Source: Perkinsus chesapeaki ATCC PRA-425
Lineage: Eukaryota > Protista > Perkinsozoa
NCBI GenBank assembly: GCA_013115145.1
Contig: JAAPAO010000251.1
Span: 1 to 46,902 of the forward strand
Length of the DNA stretch: 46,902 nt
Direction of reading: 5' to 3'
Shown: positions 14,501-27,164 of the stretch, in pieces
Layout: each line of letters opens with the position of its first letter
Position numbering within the stretch: position 1 is the stretch's first letter
Program-made: the position numbers and the translations under genes
Notes under the pieces: generated by a model
Seen by the model: only the letters and a program-made list of their open reading frames with translations
The model's database searches: none
What the model was told of the DNA's origin: nothing

Positions 14501-15837
14501 CTATTAGCTTTCCTCTCATTATTAATAGCCTTAGTAGCCTCCAATACAGCTTTATATATATCATCAGATCTAGCACCACCATTAGGTTTAGCACGCTCCA
14601 AACCCATCAATGCCAAATGAAGCTGCTCTGATCTACCAAATTTACCAAGATCAGGAACTGGTAACATACCCTCACTGAATGGATTAAAATTGAGTATCAT
14701 AATAATAAGATTAACCTTACTTTGGTGGTACTGGGTTCTTTTCACTCTCTTCAAGTGATATAAACTTCATTGGCTCTGGCATCTTAACTTGAGTAGCAAT
14801 ACCCTCCCTAAGATGTGCACTACTGTCAGCAACAGCATTAACAGTTATTAAGGTATTACCTGGTATAGGAATGGAAATTACGAGTATCTTTATCAATAGA
14901 GAAGGAATAAGGTCCAGTAACCTAATAATGAGTCTTATTATAACTTCTGTTGATAATAATAATAATACCTTTATTCGAACAGGATCACATCCATTAAGCT
15001 CAGTCATACCCTCTATCTCAGAGAATGTAACATAGTCACCATTATGGAATCCATGACGTTGCTCACCATATGTAATAACCTATAATAATAGCCTTATATA
15101 ATGATATATACTAATGGTCTTGTTATTATCACCTCTCCGTGCTCATCTTGTGTTATACCAGATACTATAGCTGTTCTACATTCTTCACCATCCTTATCAT
15201 GTACTATAAACTTATCACCATAATCAACAAATATACGACCAGCTAACCCATAGATATCAGTGGCAATAGAACCTAATAACAACATACTAACCCTTATATA
15301 TTATTACCCTTTATTACCAATGCCATGTTGTCTACAATAATTATCAATTCTAATCCTTTCATCACGATCATGTACATCACATAATACCACAACATCAAAA
15401 TCAGATAGAGCAGCGTCACCCAATGGTCCAGACATTGTCCTCACATTAACATATCTATATTAATCTATACTACTATTATTATAACCATTGTATTACGAAT
15501 TGAGTTCTTGTAATTTCCTATAACTAGCTTGTGCTCTTGTAGTAACTCCTACATCCTTATCATTAACATAAAAGTTAGATCCCATATCCCTAGCTTCTAC
15601 TAATGAATCATCATGTAAAACAACAGTATTAGGACCAGCTAATATAAGATTCTTAGCAGTCTCAACACCTACAATAAGCAAGTAGCTTATTATAACCTTT
15701 ACGATTACCCTATTACCTGTTCCACGCAGTCCTGATATTAGAACACGCATTTTAACAAGCTTTCCCATAGTCTCGAGACCGAAGGCCCCAATCTGCCTCG
15801 AATAGAGGTCTTCATCTATTTCAGGTTGCGATGACAT
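11570..15837 (-). CDS. UBA1: Ubiquitin-activating enzyme E1
   Basis: [33 protein letters not shown], active site [23 protein letters not shown] (the Cys codon is split by an intron), [24 protein letters not shown] and the ubiquitin-fold C-terminus. Confidence 0.97.
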
Positions 15838-15965
15838 TGCAACAAAACTAACAACTGCAGCAACTCCACCGAAAACCAAAAAATAATTGAGGAAACTCAA
15901 GTGATACTAAGAACGCAAGATTAATGATGTTTCCCATTCACCGATTGAATTGAATCTTTTCCATA

Positions 15966-18164
15966 ATGTGCGGTATCTTAGCAGTATTTGGGTTAAAGGA
16001 AGACGCTGAAGACTTCCGTCCTACGGGATTACAGTTAGCAAGGTAATTATATAATAATGTTAATATTGATATTATTATATTAGACGTATACGACATAGAG
16101 GGCCTGATTGGGGAGCATGTTATTGTCATGGTGATGTATTTATAGCACATGAAAGATTAGCAATAGTTGATGTTGAATCTGGTGCACAACCATTATATAA
16201 CGAGGATCATACTATTGTAAGATATATACTATTATATGAATTATATTATATATTAGGTACTTGCTGTTAATGGTGAGATATACAACCATGAACCTTTAAG
16301 AGCTGATCTATCAAGCCATGGTTTCCATTTTACTAGTCATAGTGATTGTGAAGTTATCCTACATATGTATATTGCCTATATAATCAATCATGTCTTACAG
16401 ATACCTTATTATTAGGTATGATAGAGGTGATGAACTAGATGACCTCCTCAATAAGTTACGTGGTATGTTTGCCTTTGTTATTTATGATGCTAAGAATAAC
16501 CGTTATGTAGCTGCTAGAGATCATGTAATAATAGCATCACCATAATAATATGTTGTAAATAGATTGGTATAATACCATTATATGTTGGTTGGGGTCCCGA
16601 TGGTACTGTATACTTTGCTAGTGAGATGAAGGCATTAAATGATCAATGTACATTCTTTAAACAATTCCCTCCAGGACATTACTATGACTCTTCTCGTCAA
16701 GGTATGTTATTATCTCCCCTATATCATAACTATGTCAGGTGCTAATAAATTTGTTAAATGGTATAATCCAGTATGGGCATTACCACCAATACCTTCCCAT
16801 AGACCATCTTTAGTAACCCTTAGAAGAGCTCTTGAAAGTGCTGTTGAATCCCATATGATGGCTGAAGTCCCTTACGGTGTCTTATTATCTGGTGGCCTAG
16901 ATTCAAGTCTAGTAGCTAGTATAGCTGCTAGATATAGGGCTAAGATGACAGTTGGTGAAGGTGTAAGGTCAGCATCTAGTGCCAGACGTGCTGGAACTCT
17001 ACCACCCTTTGCTAGATTAAGGTAAAGATATTATATACAAGCTCAAATATGGCTATACTCAGATCTTATTGTGTTGGTCTAGCTGGGTCACCTGATCTTA
17101 AAGCTGCTAAAGAGGTTGCTGAATTCCTTGGTACATTCCATCGTGAGTTTACCTTCACTTTACAGGTAATAATTCATTATACCTTATTATATATATTATG
17201 TTATAGGATGGTATTAATGCATTAGAGGATGTAATACATCATTTAGAGACCTTTGATGTTACTACTATAAGAGCATCTACACCAATGTATCTTATGACAC
17301 GTTTAATCAAAGCTACTGGTGATAATAATAAAACCAATACAAGCAACATACTATTTGATAGGTGTTAAAATGGTGTTATCTGGTGAAGGTGCTGATGAGG
17401 TATTTGGTGGTTATCTATATTTTCATAAGGCCCCAAACCCACAAGAGTTCCATGAAGAATGTATAAGGAAAATAGATAAACTTCATATGTATGACTGCTT
17501 AAGAGTAATGATACTATTATTATAAATTAATAAATGGTATATGTTATTAGGCTAATAAAGCAATGGCTGCATTTGGTGTTGAAGCACGTGTACCATTCCT
17601 AGACCGTAACTTTCTTGAAGTTGCTATGTCTATGGATCCTGAACTTAAGATGGTTGGACGTAATGGTAATACTATGGAAAAACATATATTAAGGTAATAA
17701 TACATGTAATGAAATCATGATAATATATATTTATAGGGCTGCTTTTGATGATCCGGATGATCCTTACCTTCCTCCAAATGTATTATGGCGACAAAAGGAA
17801 CAGTTCTCAGATGGTGTTGGTTATGGATGGATTGATAAATTACGTGATTATGCCGAAGAGAAGGTTACTGATGAAATGATGGAAACTGCCGAGTAATATT
17901 ATACATAATACTTTACTACTATATTATTGTTATTATTTTAGATTCCGTTATCCAGAGTCCCCTCCAAAGACCAAAGAAGCTTACCTTTATCGTCAAATAT
18001 TTGAAAAGTATTATCCAGAAGCAAGTGCAGTTAAAACAGTACCATATGGTCCATCTATAGCATGCTCTACAGAGGCTGCCATGAAATGGGATGCATCATT
18101 TATAGAAAATGATGATCCTAGTGGTAGAGCTATGATTAATGTACATGTTGATAGCTATAACTAG
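15966..18164 (+). CDS. ASNS: Asparagine synthetase (glutamine-hydrolysing)
   Basis: MCGILAV (Ntn Cys2), [52 protein letters not shown] and EARVPFLD. Confidence 0.97.
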
Positions 18165-18346
18165 TAGCTATTACTTTATAGGTAGACAATTGCTATTACG
18201 GATTATCATCGTCCGTTAAGCTCACTTCTGTCCTATCCCCCTTTCCTGCTGTTATTAGTGTGTATTGTGTGTATCACTAATCATGTAGTTGTGTTATAGT
18301 CACTTAACTAGAACAACACTACTTATGATAACATCATCATTCAACT

Positions 18347-19934
18347 GATCATGTATTATCAACCATGAGTGGCATCCTATATAGAGCCTGTGCTTCAGGG
18401 TTGTATTGAGGTGTATTAATAAAGTCCAAGAATAGATTGGATATTCCTAACAACAGTAAGTATATTATTAACTATATGTTAACATTATAATTAATACTCT
18501 CCCTTAAACCCTTTAAACTAGTATTGCTCCTTCCACGGTTTATTAGATCAGCTTCACGATCTATTAATTCACCTATTTCATTAGTCAACTTAGATGTAAA
18601 TTCTTTAACCGTCCTAATAAAGACTATTACTAATATAATCTCATAATAGTACCATTTAACATGTAATAATAGATCTAATCGTTCATTGGTTGTTAAGGTA
18701 GTAAGCCTTAATCCTTTATATCTATATATTACATATGATTATTTATATACCATATTTCTTACAAATCCATAAGTTCTTTAGCCCGTGTAGTATATGGTGT
18801 ATGTACAATAGTGCTATCACCATCACTTTGTGTCCATATCTTAGGTCGAGCCATAGCCTCCAATCTCTCTATTATTATCATTATATACTATATATCTCTA
18901 TTATACTTACTATTAATCTTACAACTTCTATTATTTTTCCTTGCATGTATCTTTAACCTATCTATTGTCTGTAATAGTTTAACCTCTTTATTTAATAACT
19001 ATAATAATATACTCATTATAACATCACCTCCTCTATTAGTACCTCTTTTAATGCTGCATGTTTCTCATCTTTAGTGTGTGTATCACTTTCCTTTATACGT
19101 TTAGTTTCATTATAACGCCAAACATCTAGTTCATTATATAATGTAACAAAGTCATCATATGTCCTAATATGCACTATATCCTACCCTTGTATAATGATGA
19201 TGATGTTCAATTACCTTGGATGAAGCCTTCTCTCAACTTCCCTTCTACGTAATAATTCCGCCTCTAACTCTACCTCCTCTCTTTCCTTTTGTTCATCTCT
19301 TTCACGTTGGTCCTTTTCAGCTTTAAGTCGTCTACATCGTATCTAATCGTATCTATAACCCACTTCTCCCTACCCTCATATTACCCTGGATATCATCCCT
19401 CGTGTATGTGCCTGTATAATAATCACTTTATCAGTAATAACTGCATCTCTATCAGCACTAGTAAAGTATGGTCTAGGTATAAGCACTCTATCACCATTTG
19501 TCGTTAGATCTGGTAGATCATGTCGTGGCTAATAATAACATACTCCTTGTCATATAAGTATATAGTTTATTATTACCATACTAGTACCCTGTTCCCTTTT
19601 AGTCTGTATATGACGTGTTTTAAGTACACATGTTTGAGCATCTCTATGATATCTTATTATAACAACAATAACATGTTCATGAATAATAATATATTACTTT
19701 ATAACCTTGTCATGTTGTTGTTCCACTATAGATTGTGTCTGTGCATTATAATACTCTATTCCTATATCAACTACTATTATAACCTATCCCTTATCCACCC
19801 CTACCTGTTTTCTTATTCACATACCCCCCTAACAATCCTTTAATATCCCCAGCTATATCCTTAACAGGTGTATTATCCTTATTAGATGCATCAATTGCCT
19901 CCTTCCCTGTTGCAGGGCTGTCAGAAGATGACAT
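18347..19934 (-). CDS. IQUB: IQUB-like flagellar radial-spoke protein (IQ motif plus conserved C-terminal region)
   Basis: LGGYVNKKTGEYYNAQTQ, IQ motif IIIQAHTRGMISR, RRLHP..YDDFVTLYNELDVWR, NERLDLL, LTNEIGELIDREADLINRG and FINTPQYNPEA match IQUB blocks recalled from orthologues. Confidence 0.8.
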
Positions 19935-20063
19935 GATTCGATAAAGTACCCAAATGCAGCTGGTTCTCATCATGCGCTGTTGTTTTAGCGGACGCCATTC
20001 TAATCGACATTTATGAACGTGACATGGCGGCACGTGTGATTGCGTGCAAGATCTGGGTTAATA

Positions 20064-21960
20064 ATGAGAACTAAACCGAAGGCACCTCGTTTTGGACAGC
20101 TTATTATTGGACCACCAGGGTCAGGTAAAAGTACATATTGTAGAGGTAATACTGTAGGGCTCTATTAGTTACTGTTGAGGTGCGTCAAAAGTTATTATAT
20201 AGCATGATTTAGTACGACGTACCATTACAGTGTCCTCGTTGGTTTGATAAAATAGAACAATAGTCATAAGCGAGCTGTGATGTATAGGGTATGGATGCAT
20301 TGAATGATGATATTGTTTAGCATTACGAGCATACCTACGAGCAGCTGGTAGACAATGCAGTGTAGTTAATCTAGATCCAGCTAGTGAGGAACCAATTAGT
20401 CCTAATATATTAAAGGAAGGGGATAATGATTATAGTAATGAGGATAATGAGGCTATATACTTTGATATTGATGTAATAATACACTAAGTAGTAGATCATA
20501 TGTAGTCTAAAGGTACGGGAGCTAATTAAAGTTGATGATGTAGCAGAGGAGCATCAATTAGGCCCTAATGGTGCCATGGTAATAGTAATAGGATGGGGAT
20601 GGGAGGCTTGCATAGTCTATTAATATACAGTTTTGGGTGTTTTTTGATAAATTGGCTAATTATAATTTTATATAGTGTTTATTATAGGTGTTTGCTATGC
20701 AAGATTTAGAGCTTAATTCAGCATGGTTAGTAGACCGTATAGAGGCACTTCCCATTGATGATTATATCTTATTCGATTGCCCTGGACAAATAGAATTGTA
20801 ATATATAATATGGTATATGCACTAGATGTATTATATTAGATATACTCATCTTACTGTTATGCCACATTTAGTACAATTATTAACAGACAGGAGAGGTCTT
20901 GATATGAGGTTAACAGCACTTAATTTAACTGATTGCTCTGTATTAGCATCTGAAGGAGGTAATATATCTTAGGTAAATATATAGTCTATATTATTATAGG
21001 TAATAACTTCATATCAGCAGCCTTATCATCACTGGCTATCATGTTACATGTAGAGCTACCTCATCTTAACGTAAGTCTATCAATTGGAAAATATTAAAGA
21101 TGGTATGTTGTTATTGTCGTTTTATAGGTCCTAACAAAATGTGATACATTAACACAGTTTGGAAACCAGTTAAAGTAATATATAGTTATAATATATAATA
21201 TCATCACGATGATGATGAATATTATTATTGTTAGTCGTACATTAGACCAATACCTATGTTGTGGTGGTTATAGTGGTATATCATCATTATTACCAACATA
21301 CTTGGAAAATGAGAAAAGAGGCTTAACTAGACCAAGGAGTCCATTAGTTGAAAGACAAGATAAACTAGTTGGTAGTATTATATCGCCTTCTATAGCTTAA
21401 ATAACATCTAACCGCTGCTGCTGCTGATTCAGCCTCCTTATGTGAACTAATAGACGATTATGGTGAAGTGTCATTCATACCACTTAGTGTTGATGATAAG
21501 GAATCCATGGGTAACTTATTAGCTCATGCAGATAAAGCTAATGGGTAATATAGTAATAATAAGTAGTTAATAATGTTATTATTATTATTGTTAGATATGC
21601 CTTCTCACATACTGATCCACAACTATGTGCTATAGAGATAGATGAAGGGCATGATGAATATAGTGATTATTATCAACAACGGTATGTTAATGGTAATTAC
21701 CTCAAGCAGGAAGAGGAAGAGGATGAGGATGAGGAAAGGGATGTTAGTAGTACATCACCACATACATGTGGATACTGTGGTAGTAGTGGTGCTTATATGA
21801 GATGTTCTAGATGTCAAAGGGCAGTGTAAGCAGTAATAGTAGTAGTAGTATTGTATATATTGGTATTATTAGGTATTGTGATCAGAGATGTCAAAGGCTA
21901 GATTGGAAAAGGCATAAGGCCGAAGACTGTATTAAGGAGAAGGAGGAGGAGGAGGATTAA
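20064..21960 (+). CDS. GPN2: GPN-loop GTPase 2 with an in-frame C-terminal MYND zinc finger
   Basis: FGQLIIGPPGSGKSTYC, VVNLDPA, LGPNG, FDCPGQIE, LTKCD and KLVASLCELIDDYG, then an open spliced frame into CGYC..RCSRCQRAVYCDQRCQRLDWKRHKAEDC. Confidence 0.88.
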
Positions 21961-22202
21961 ATAACGTATATTATCAAACAGCACCCCCACCCCACGATAT
22001 TGATAACGTTGAACTATTGCTTCTTCACTTTGTATGTAACATAGTACTGCTGTCTTACACCTCCTCTTCTTCTTCCTCCACCGCCTTCTTCTCCTCCAGT
22101 TCCTATACCAACTTACGTTTCTTAAGTCTGCTAGTGCAGCACGTTATAATAGGGAGGGGGGTGGTATGATAAGGTTGGGTAGGTTAATGTTATCATAATA
22201 TA

Positions 22203-23707
22203 ATGGATAATAAATCAACATCATCATCATCTACAGAGTGTTCAATTAGTGATATGTTAGAAGCTATATTAGCAGCTGGAGCTAATCCTAATGCATGGTC
22301 AGATGAACCTAAAGGGAAAAGACGTAGTATAATGGGTATGGGTGGTGGTAGCAGTGATTTACCAATAATGATGATGCTGCTGTATAGTACTGTATAGTAT
22401 AATAAGGTACATTATTACAGTTAGCAATTGAGGAGGCTAATCCAATGTTGGATAATAGTAGTAGTGGACTAGACGATCTTAAAGCCGGTGGTAGACTACA
22501 TAATGTACAACTATTATTAGATGCTAAGGCTGATCCTAATAAAGTAATAGTTATAATGATAATAATAGTAATATACAGGTTAGGCATCTGAATCATCATC
22601 ATTAAATCATCATTTACCATTATTTACAGCATTAGAGGCTGGGGATGAAGTGCTTGTTAGAGCACTACTACTATCAAAAGCTGATCCTAATATAAAAGTA
22701 TGGTACGAAAATTGCCAGTAGTAGTATGATAATGATATTATTTAGAAAGAAGGGGAGGATGAGGAAACACCCCTTCATATAGCAGTACGGTATGGACTAG
22801 TAAAATCATGTGAGATGTTATTAAGAGCTGGAGCTAATGTTAATGTTGAGGATGACTATGGACGTACACCTATACATTATGGAGGGCCAGGACCTACTAC
22901 AGTAATACCGTTATACTAGGGATAATATATACATTGATAAGATATTAAACTCATTACTAAAATACGGTGGTGATATAATGCATGTCACTCCTAAAACATC
23001 AGAGACAGTATTACATACCTTTGCAGCTGATGAGGATACAATAACAGGTAGTAGTAGGACTAGTATTATATAGTAGTAGTAATAGGTTATTAGATACAAT
23101 AGACTGGATAATAGATAGGGCACCTGAACTATTGTTATCTCAACCTCCACCTAATAACTGTACTATATGATCATAGTAATTAATAGGTTATTATATAGTT
23201 ACACCTTTACATGTAGCTGCTAAAAAGGGTAATATGTCGACATGTATGCATTTATTTCAATATGGGGGAGCTGATCATATTAATAAACGTAATAGTAGAA
23301 GGAAGCTATACTGTATAATAGATATTATTATTATTAGGTGGTGGCCCTAACTTTAAACATACTGCTATAACTTTAGCTCATAAATATGGACATATTCATT
23401 TAGCGGAGGCATTATATTATAAGAAGACAATGATGGGTGCTTGTTATTATTATGATGGGCTGTTGCTCCTGCTGCTATTGGTAATTGTTGTTATTATGAT
23501 ATTAGGTACAGCTACATGGTCACAATGGTTACATAACCCTACCATTCAGATTACACTAATAATAGGATTACTTATGTTATGGTAGTAATATATAATAATA
23601 TCAACAACATCAGCATCGGCATCAGCAGCATTTTACACTATTATTATTACCTTAGGATTAATAGAGTATTATTATATGAAGTATACCTTGATTACATGCA
23701 TATGTAG
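22203..23707 (+). CDS. Ankyrin-repeat protein with a C-terminal hydrophobic (TM) segment
   Basis: LAAGANPN, LLLDAKADPN, ETPLHIAVRYG..LLRAGANVNVEDDYGRTPIHY, TPLHVAAKKGN and a C-terminal IQITLIIGLLMLW. Ends are uncertain. Confidence 0.8.
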
Positions 23708-23894
23708 TTATAGTTATCATCATAACTACCAGCAGCAGCAGCATGTCTACCGGGTGGCCTATATAGTTTCCATGTCCATAGTCGTCTGTTGTTGTTCTCT
23801 GTATTTGAGGGTTCATTTTAACATCGCCATCGCCATCATTATCACCGCCCTTTTTATCAGGCTTTAAGCCGCTTTTTTGGTACCGGTAGCACCA

Positions 23895-26740
23895 ATGCCG
23901 ATACCTGCATCGTCTCGTGCATCATCATCATCCTCCTCCTTATCTACACCACCAGATGAAGGGAGTGCTCGTAGTAGTAGTAGTATTACTTAGTATAACT
24001 TATGATAATATCGATAGTAGGTTCAAGGAGGGCTAATAGGTCCACTCGTAGTGCTACTACTGGTGCTGCTCCTGCAGCTGATGCTGCGAGCCGACACAAA
24101 AGAGGGAATAAACGTAATGACAAGAACAACGAGGTATACGACGATGTTGTTGATAATGATGATGAGCAAGTTACAAAGGAGGAGGATGATGATGATAACG
24201 AGGATGTTGAAAGGGATGAGGGGAAATGTGAGGAATCTATTGGTATACCATTACCACCACCACAAGAAGTAGTAGTGAGGTATCATAATTGATTATTAAT
24301 CATTCTTATTACACCCAGGCATCATCATCATCAACTCAGCAGGCATCTGGCACTGCTGATGCCCCCACCTCTGATGCTGCTGCTGCTGTGAACCCATTAA
24401 TGTTACCACCACATGAGATAGATCTAGTTAAAGGACAATTAGTTATACTACAAAGTATACCTTATTTACCATCAAGTCAAAGAGCAGTAGTAGAAGGGTA
24501 ATAATAAAAAGGGATTATTATTTACTGTGTATTATGATGATGATTGATAGGTATGATCAAAAAACCTGCAAATATAGAGTTACTCTAGTAGACAGTCCCA
24601 CCCTACCTAGTCACAATCAAACTCATCATTCAGCATCAGCATCATCATCATCCGCAGCAGCAGCAGGAATGGTAAATAGTAATGATAATGGATTAAGTGG
24701 TGGTGGTGGTGGGGGGAGTAGTAAAGCTATGGGTAATCAATGGGCAGTTTTTAGAGAAAATATGAGGATAATAGCACCATATGTAATAATAATAAATATT
24801 ATATATAATATATATTAATATTTTAGTATGTACCATCACGTCGACCACTCTCATCATATCCTACTCCAGTTCATTATCAAGCACATGACTCTAATACATT
24901 TCCTAAAGATAACAATATGCAACAGCGGCAACAGCAGCAGCACCAGCAGTTGAGTAACATAGACAGCAAGATCAATACTGGCTTGAAATCCGGTGATCTA
25001 GTAAGCAGCAGCAGCAGCCTGAGCATCATTACTGTGTGGCAATAGGATCCTTCTTCTTATTGCAGATCCTAGCAAGTATTAATAATGGTTATTCATATAC
25101 ATTAGTTCAAGTGCTGGATTGCCATAAACTAGTAGATAACTCACCTCAACAACAACAAGAACAAGAAGGAGTGCCCAAGTCCGAGGTACCCGGTATTAAA
25201 GACGATGAGCATGGTGATGATGGTGATAATACAGCGTTATGTGCTCATAACCCATCATCTACATATACCCTTACATTATCATACTCTCCTGATAAAGAGA
25301 TAATGAAGGTTATGGAAGAAGAGGATGTAGAGGCTGGCTCGGTACTATCTAACACTCTTATAGGAGATACAGGGGGAGTAGAAGAAGAAGAAGAACAAGA
25401 AAAAGAGGGGAAATATAAACTAGAGAGCAAAGGACGTGAACGCTTCAGGTAGTAGTAGGGTTGTAGGAGGATCTTCACATTCTATCAATCTAGACATATT
25501 CTTATTATTAGGAAAGGGGATAAAGTATATGCACTATCACCCGGTACTAAAGGACAACAATTTCATTTAGCCATTGTTGCTGCTACTGACGATGATAATA
25601 ATGACGTAGTATAACCCTTACGACTATTTCTGATACATCTATTGTATTAGATGCCTTCGGCTGCTGCTGGTGGTAAGGGTGACCGAACCTCGACCGACAA
25701 TACAAATTTTGTATCGGTTACCTTCTCAAAGAGGGGCACAGGAAAGGTTGAGAAGTACGTATTGGTATAATCGAATAGAAATAACGATAGTCTTGTTGTT
25801 CGTTTTAGGGTCCCACGTTCAATGGTCTTTCATCGTTCGTCCATTCCTTCTACACGCCAACCACCGTGTATATCTGGTAACAGCAGCAGCAGCAGAAATC
25901 TTAAAAGAGGACGTGACTCCAACAATGAGGTGGTGCTGGTGATTATGGATGGAGTCTCCATTTTAACAACTGTTTAGGACACCTCTTCGTTAGCCATTGA
26001 AAATATAGAACCAGCTTCGAAGTCCCAGAAGATCTCTGACCCAAAGCATGAAGCAGCAGCAGCACATTCACCAAAAGTAAGGAAATGTTTATATAATATT
26101 ATTTGAAGAGCTCAACACTCGTCTGTAGTCCGCTGCTACAGCACCTCCGCCACCGGCATCATCAATAATAACTCATAGAGTCCCCTTATTAGAAGAGTTA
26201 GGGCTATATGATGGAGACGAAGAAGGGAATGATAAAGAAAAGTGCAATGAGAATGATGATGATGTTATGGCTGAGTCAGAATGGAAAGTACGTGTATATA
26301 ACACTTGTTAATGTAATTGGATAATGCAGGTTATTGAACGAAGTATACGTATTTTAAATAAGTTTGGTATCGATGCCCTTGTCAGCTCGGATAAACGAGA
26401 AGTTTTCCCTATTTCTGATATAATAATAAATGAAGATGGTCAGAAGGTGATGAGTATTCCAACAATATTAATAAGTGTAGTGCTAACTCAGGTCAACGGC
26501 AACAATGCACATGGTCAGGCAAAAGAATCATCATCTCTCCGAAAATGGATTGAGCAGGTTGGGAGGGTTTATTACCAGATGAGCCCATGTGCTGCTGTTC
26601 ACTAGGTTTCACCGTGGCCACATAAACAAGAATCAAAAGATTTTGATATTCTGAGAAAGTTGTCAGGAGTAGAGACCCACGAGTGCAGTTCCTTCTGGGT
26701 AGTTACGAAGTCTGAGGAGGAAGCTAAAAAGGATGAGTAA
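23895..26740 (+). CDS. Low-complexity protein with SH3/KOW-like and tandem Tudor-like (SGF29-like) segments; possibly two genes split near 25570-25650
   Basis: GT-AG exons give VKGQLVILQS..YDQKTCKYRVTLV..WAVFRENM, LKSGDLILASINNGYSYTLVQV and DKVYALSPGTKGQQFHLAIV. The domain calls are pattern-level inference. Confidence 0.5.
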
Positions 26741-27164
26741 CGATTCTACATTCGACATTTTTACAGTCCATTATGATCTGTCATATTTGGGATAACCTCG
26801 AAGAAGAGGTCTACTAAATAATTTACCGGCTTTAGCCATGTTCATAATGTTGTGTTGATATCAAAAAGTCATCAAACATTGCGGAACAATCAGAGACATC
26901 ACATTTATCCTGTCAGTGTCGGACCGTTGATAATCTAGCGCATGAGTTAATAGTCTAGGTGCATGTTCACGCAAATATAGGCACACGCAGTTCACTCTCC
27001 CTACTCGCTGATTTACTCTACGTATAACAAATTGGGTCCGCATACATAGATTGTATGATTTTTAATATATCTGTGAGTATGACTGTCGTCTACACCGTTA
27101 CTTATGTTACTCAACTCAAAGCTATTATTCATTCGGATATATTTTAAGATCCTGAAAACGTGAT

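Noticed and set aside
16081-16140. Apparent frameshift in ASNS exon 2
   Set aside because: Re-reading gives GAT TGG GGA GCA TGT (DWGAC), which is in frame.
18735-19843. Plus-strand hydrophobic I/Y/L-rich ORFs, and similar ones throughout the ORF track
   Set aside because: They are shadow or intron read-through frames of AT-rich minus-strand genes.
26741-27164. Short ORFs in the 0.4-kb convergent intergenic region
   Set aside because: No motif or consistent exon chain was found. They may be UTRs or terminal exons of the flanking genes.
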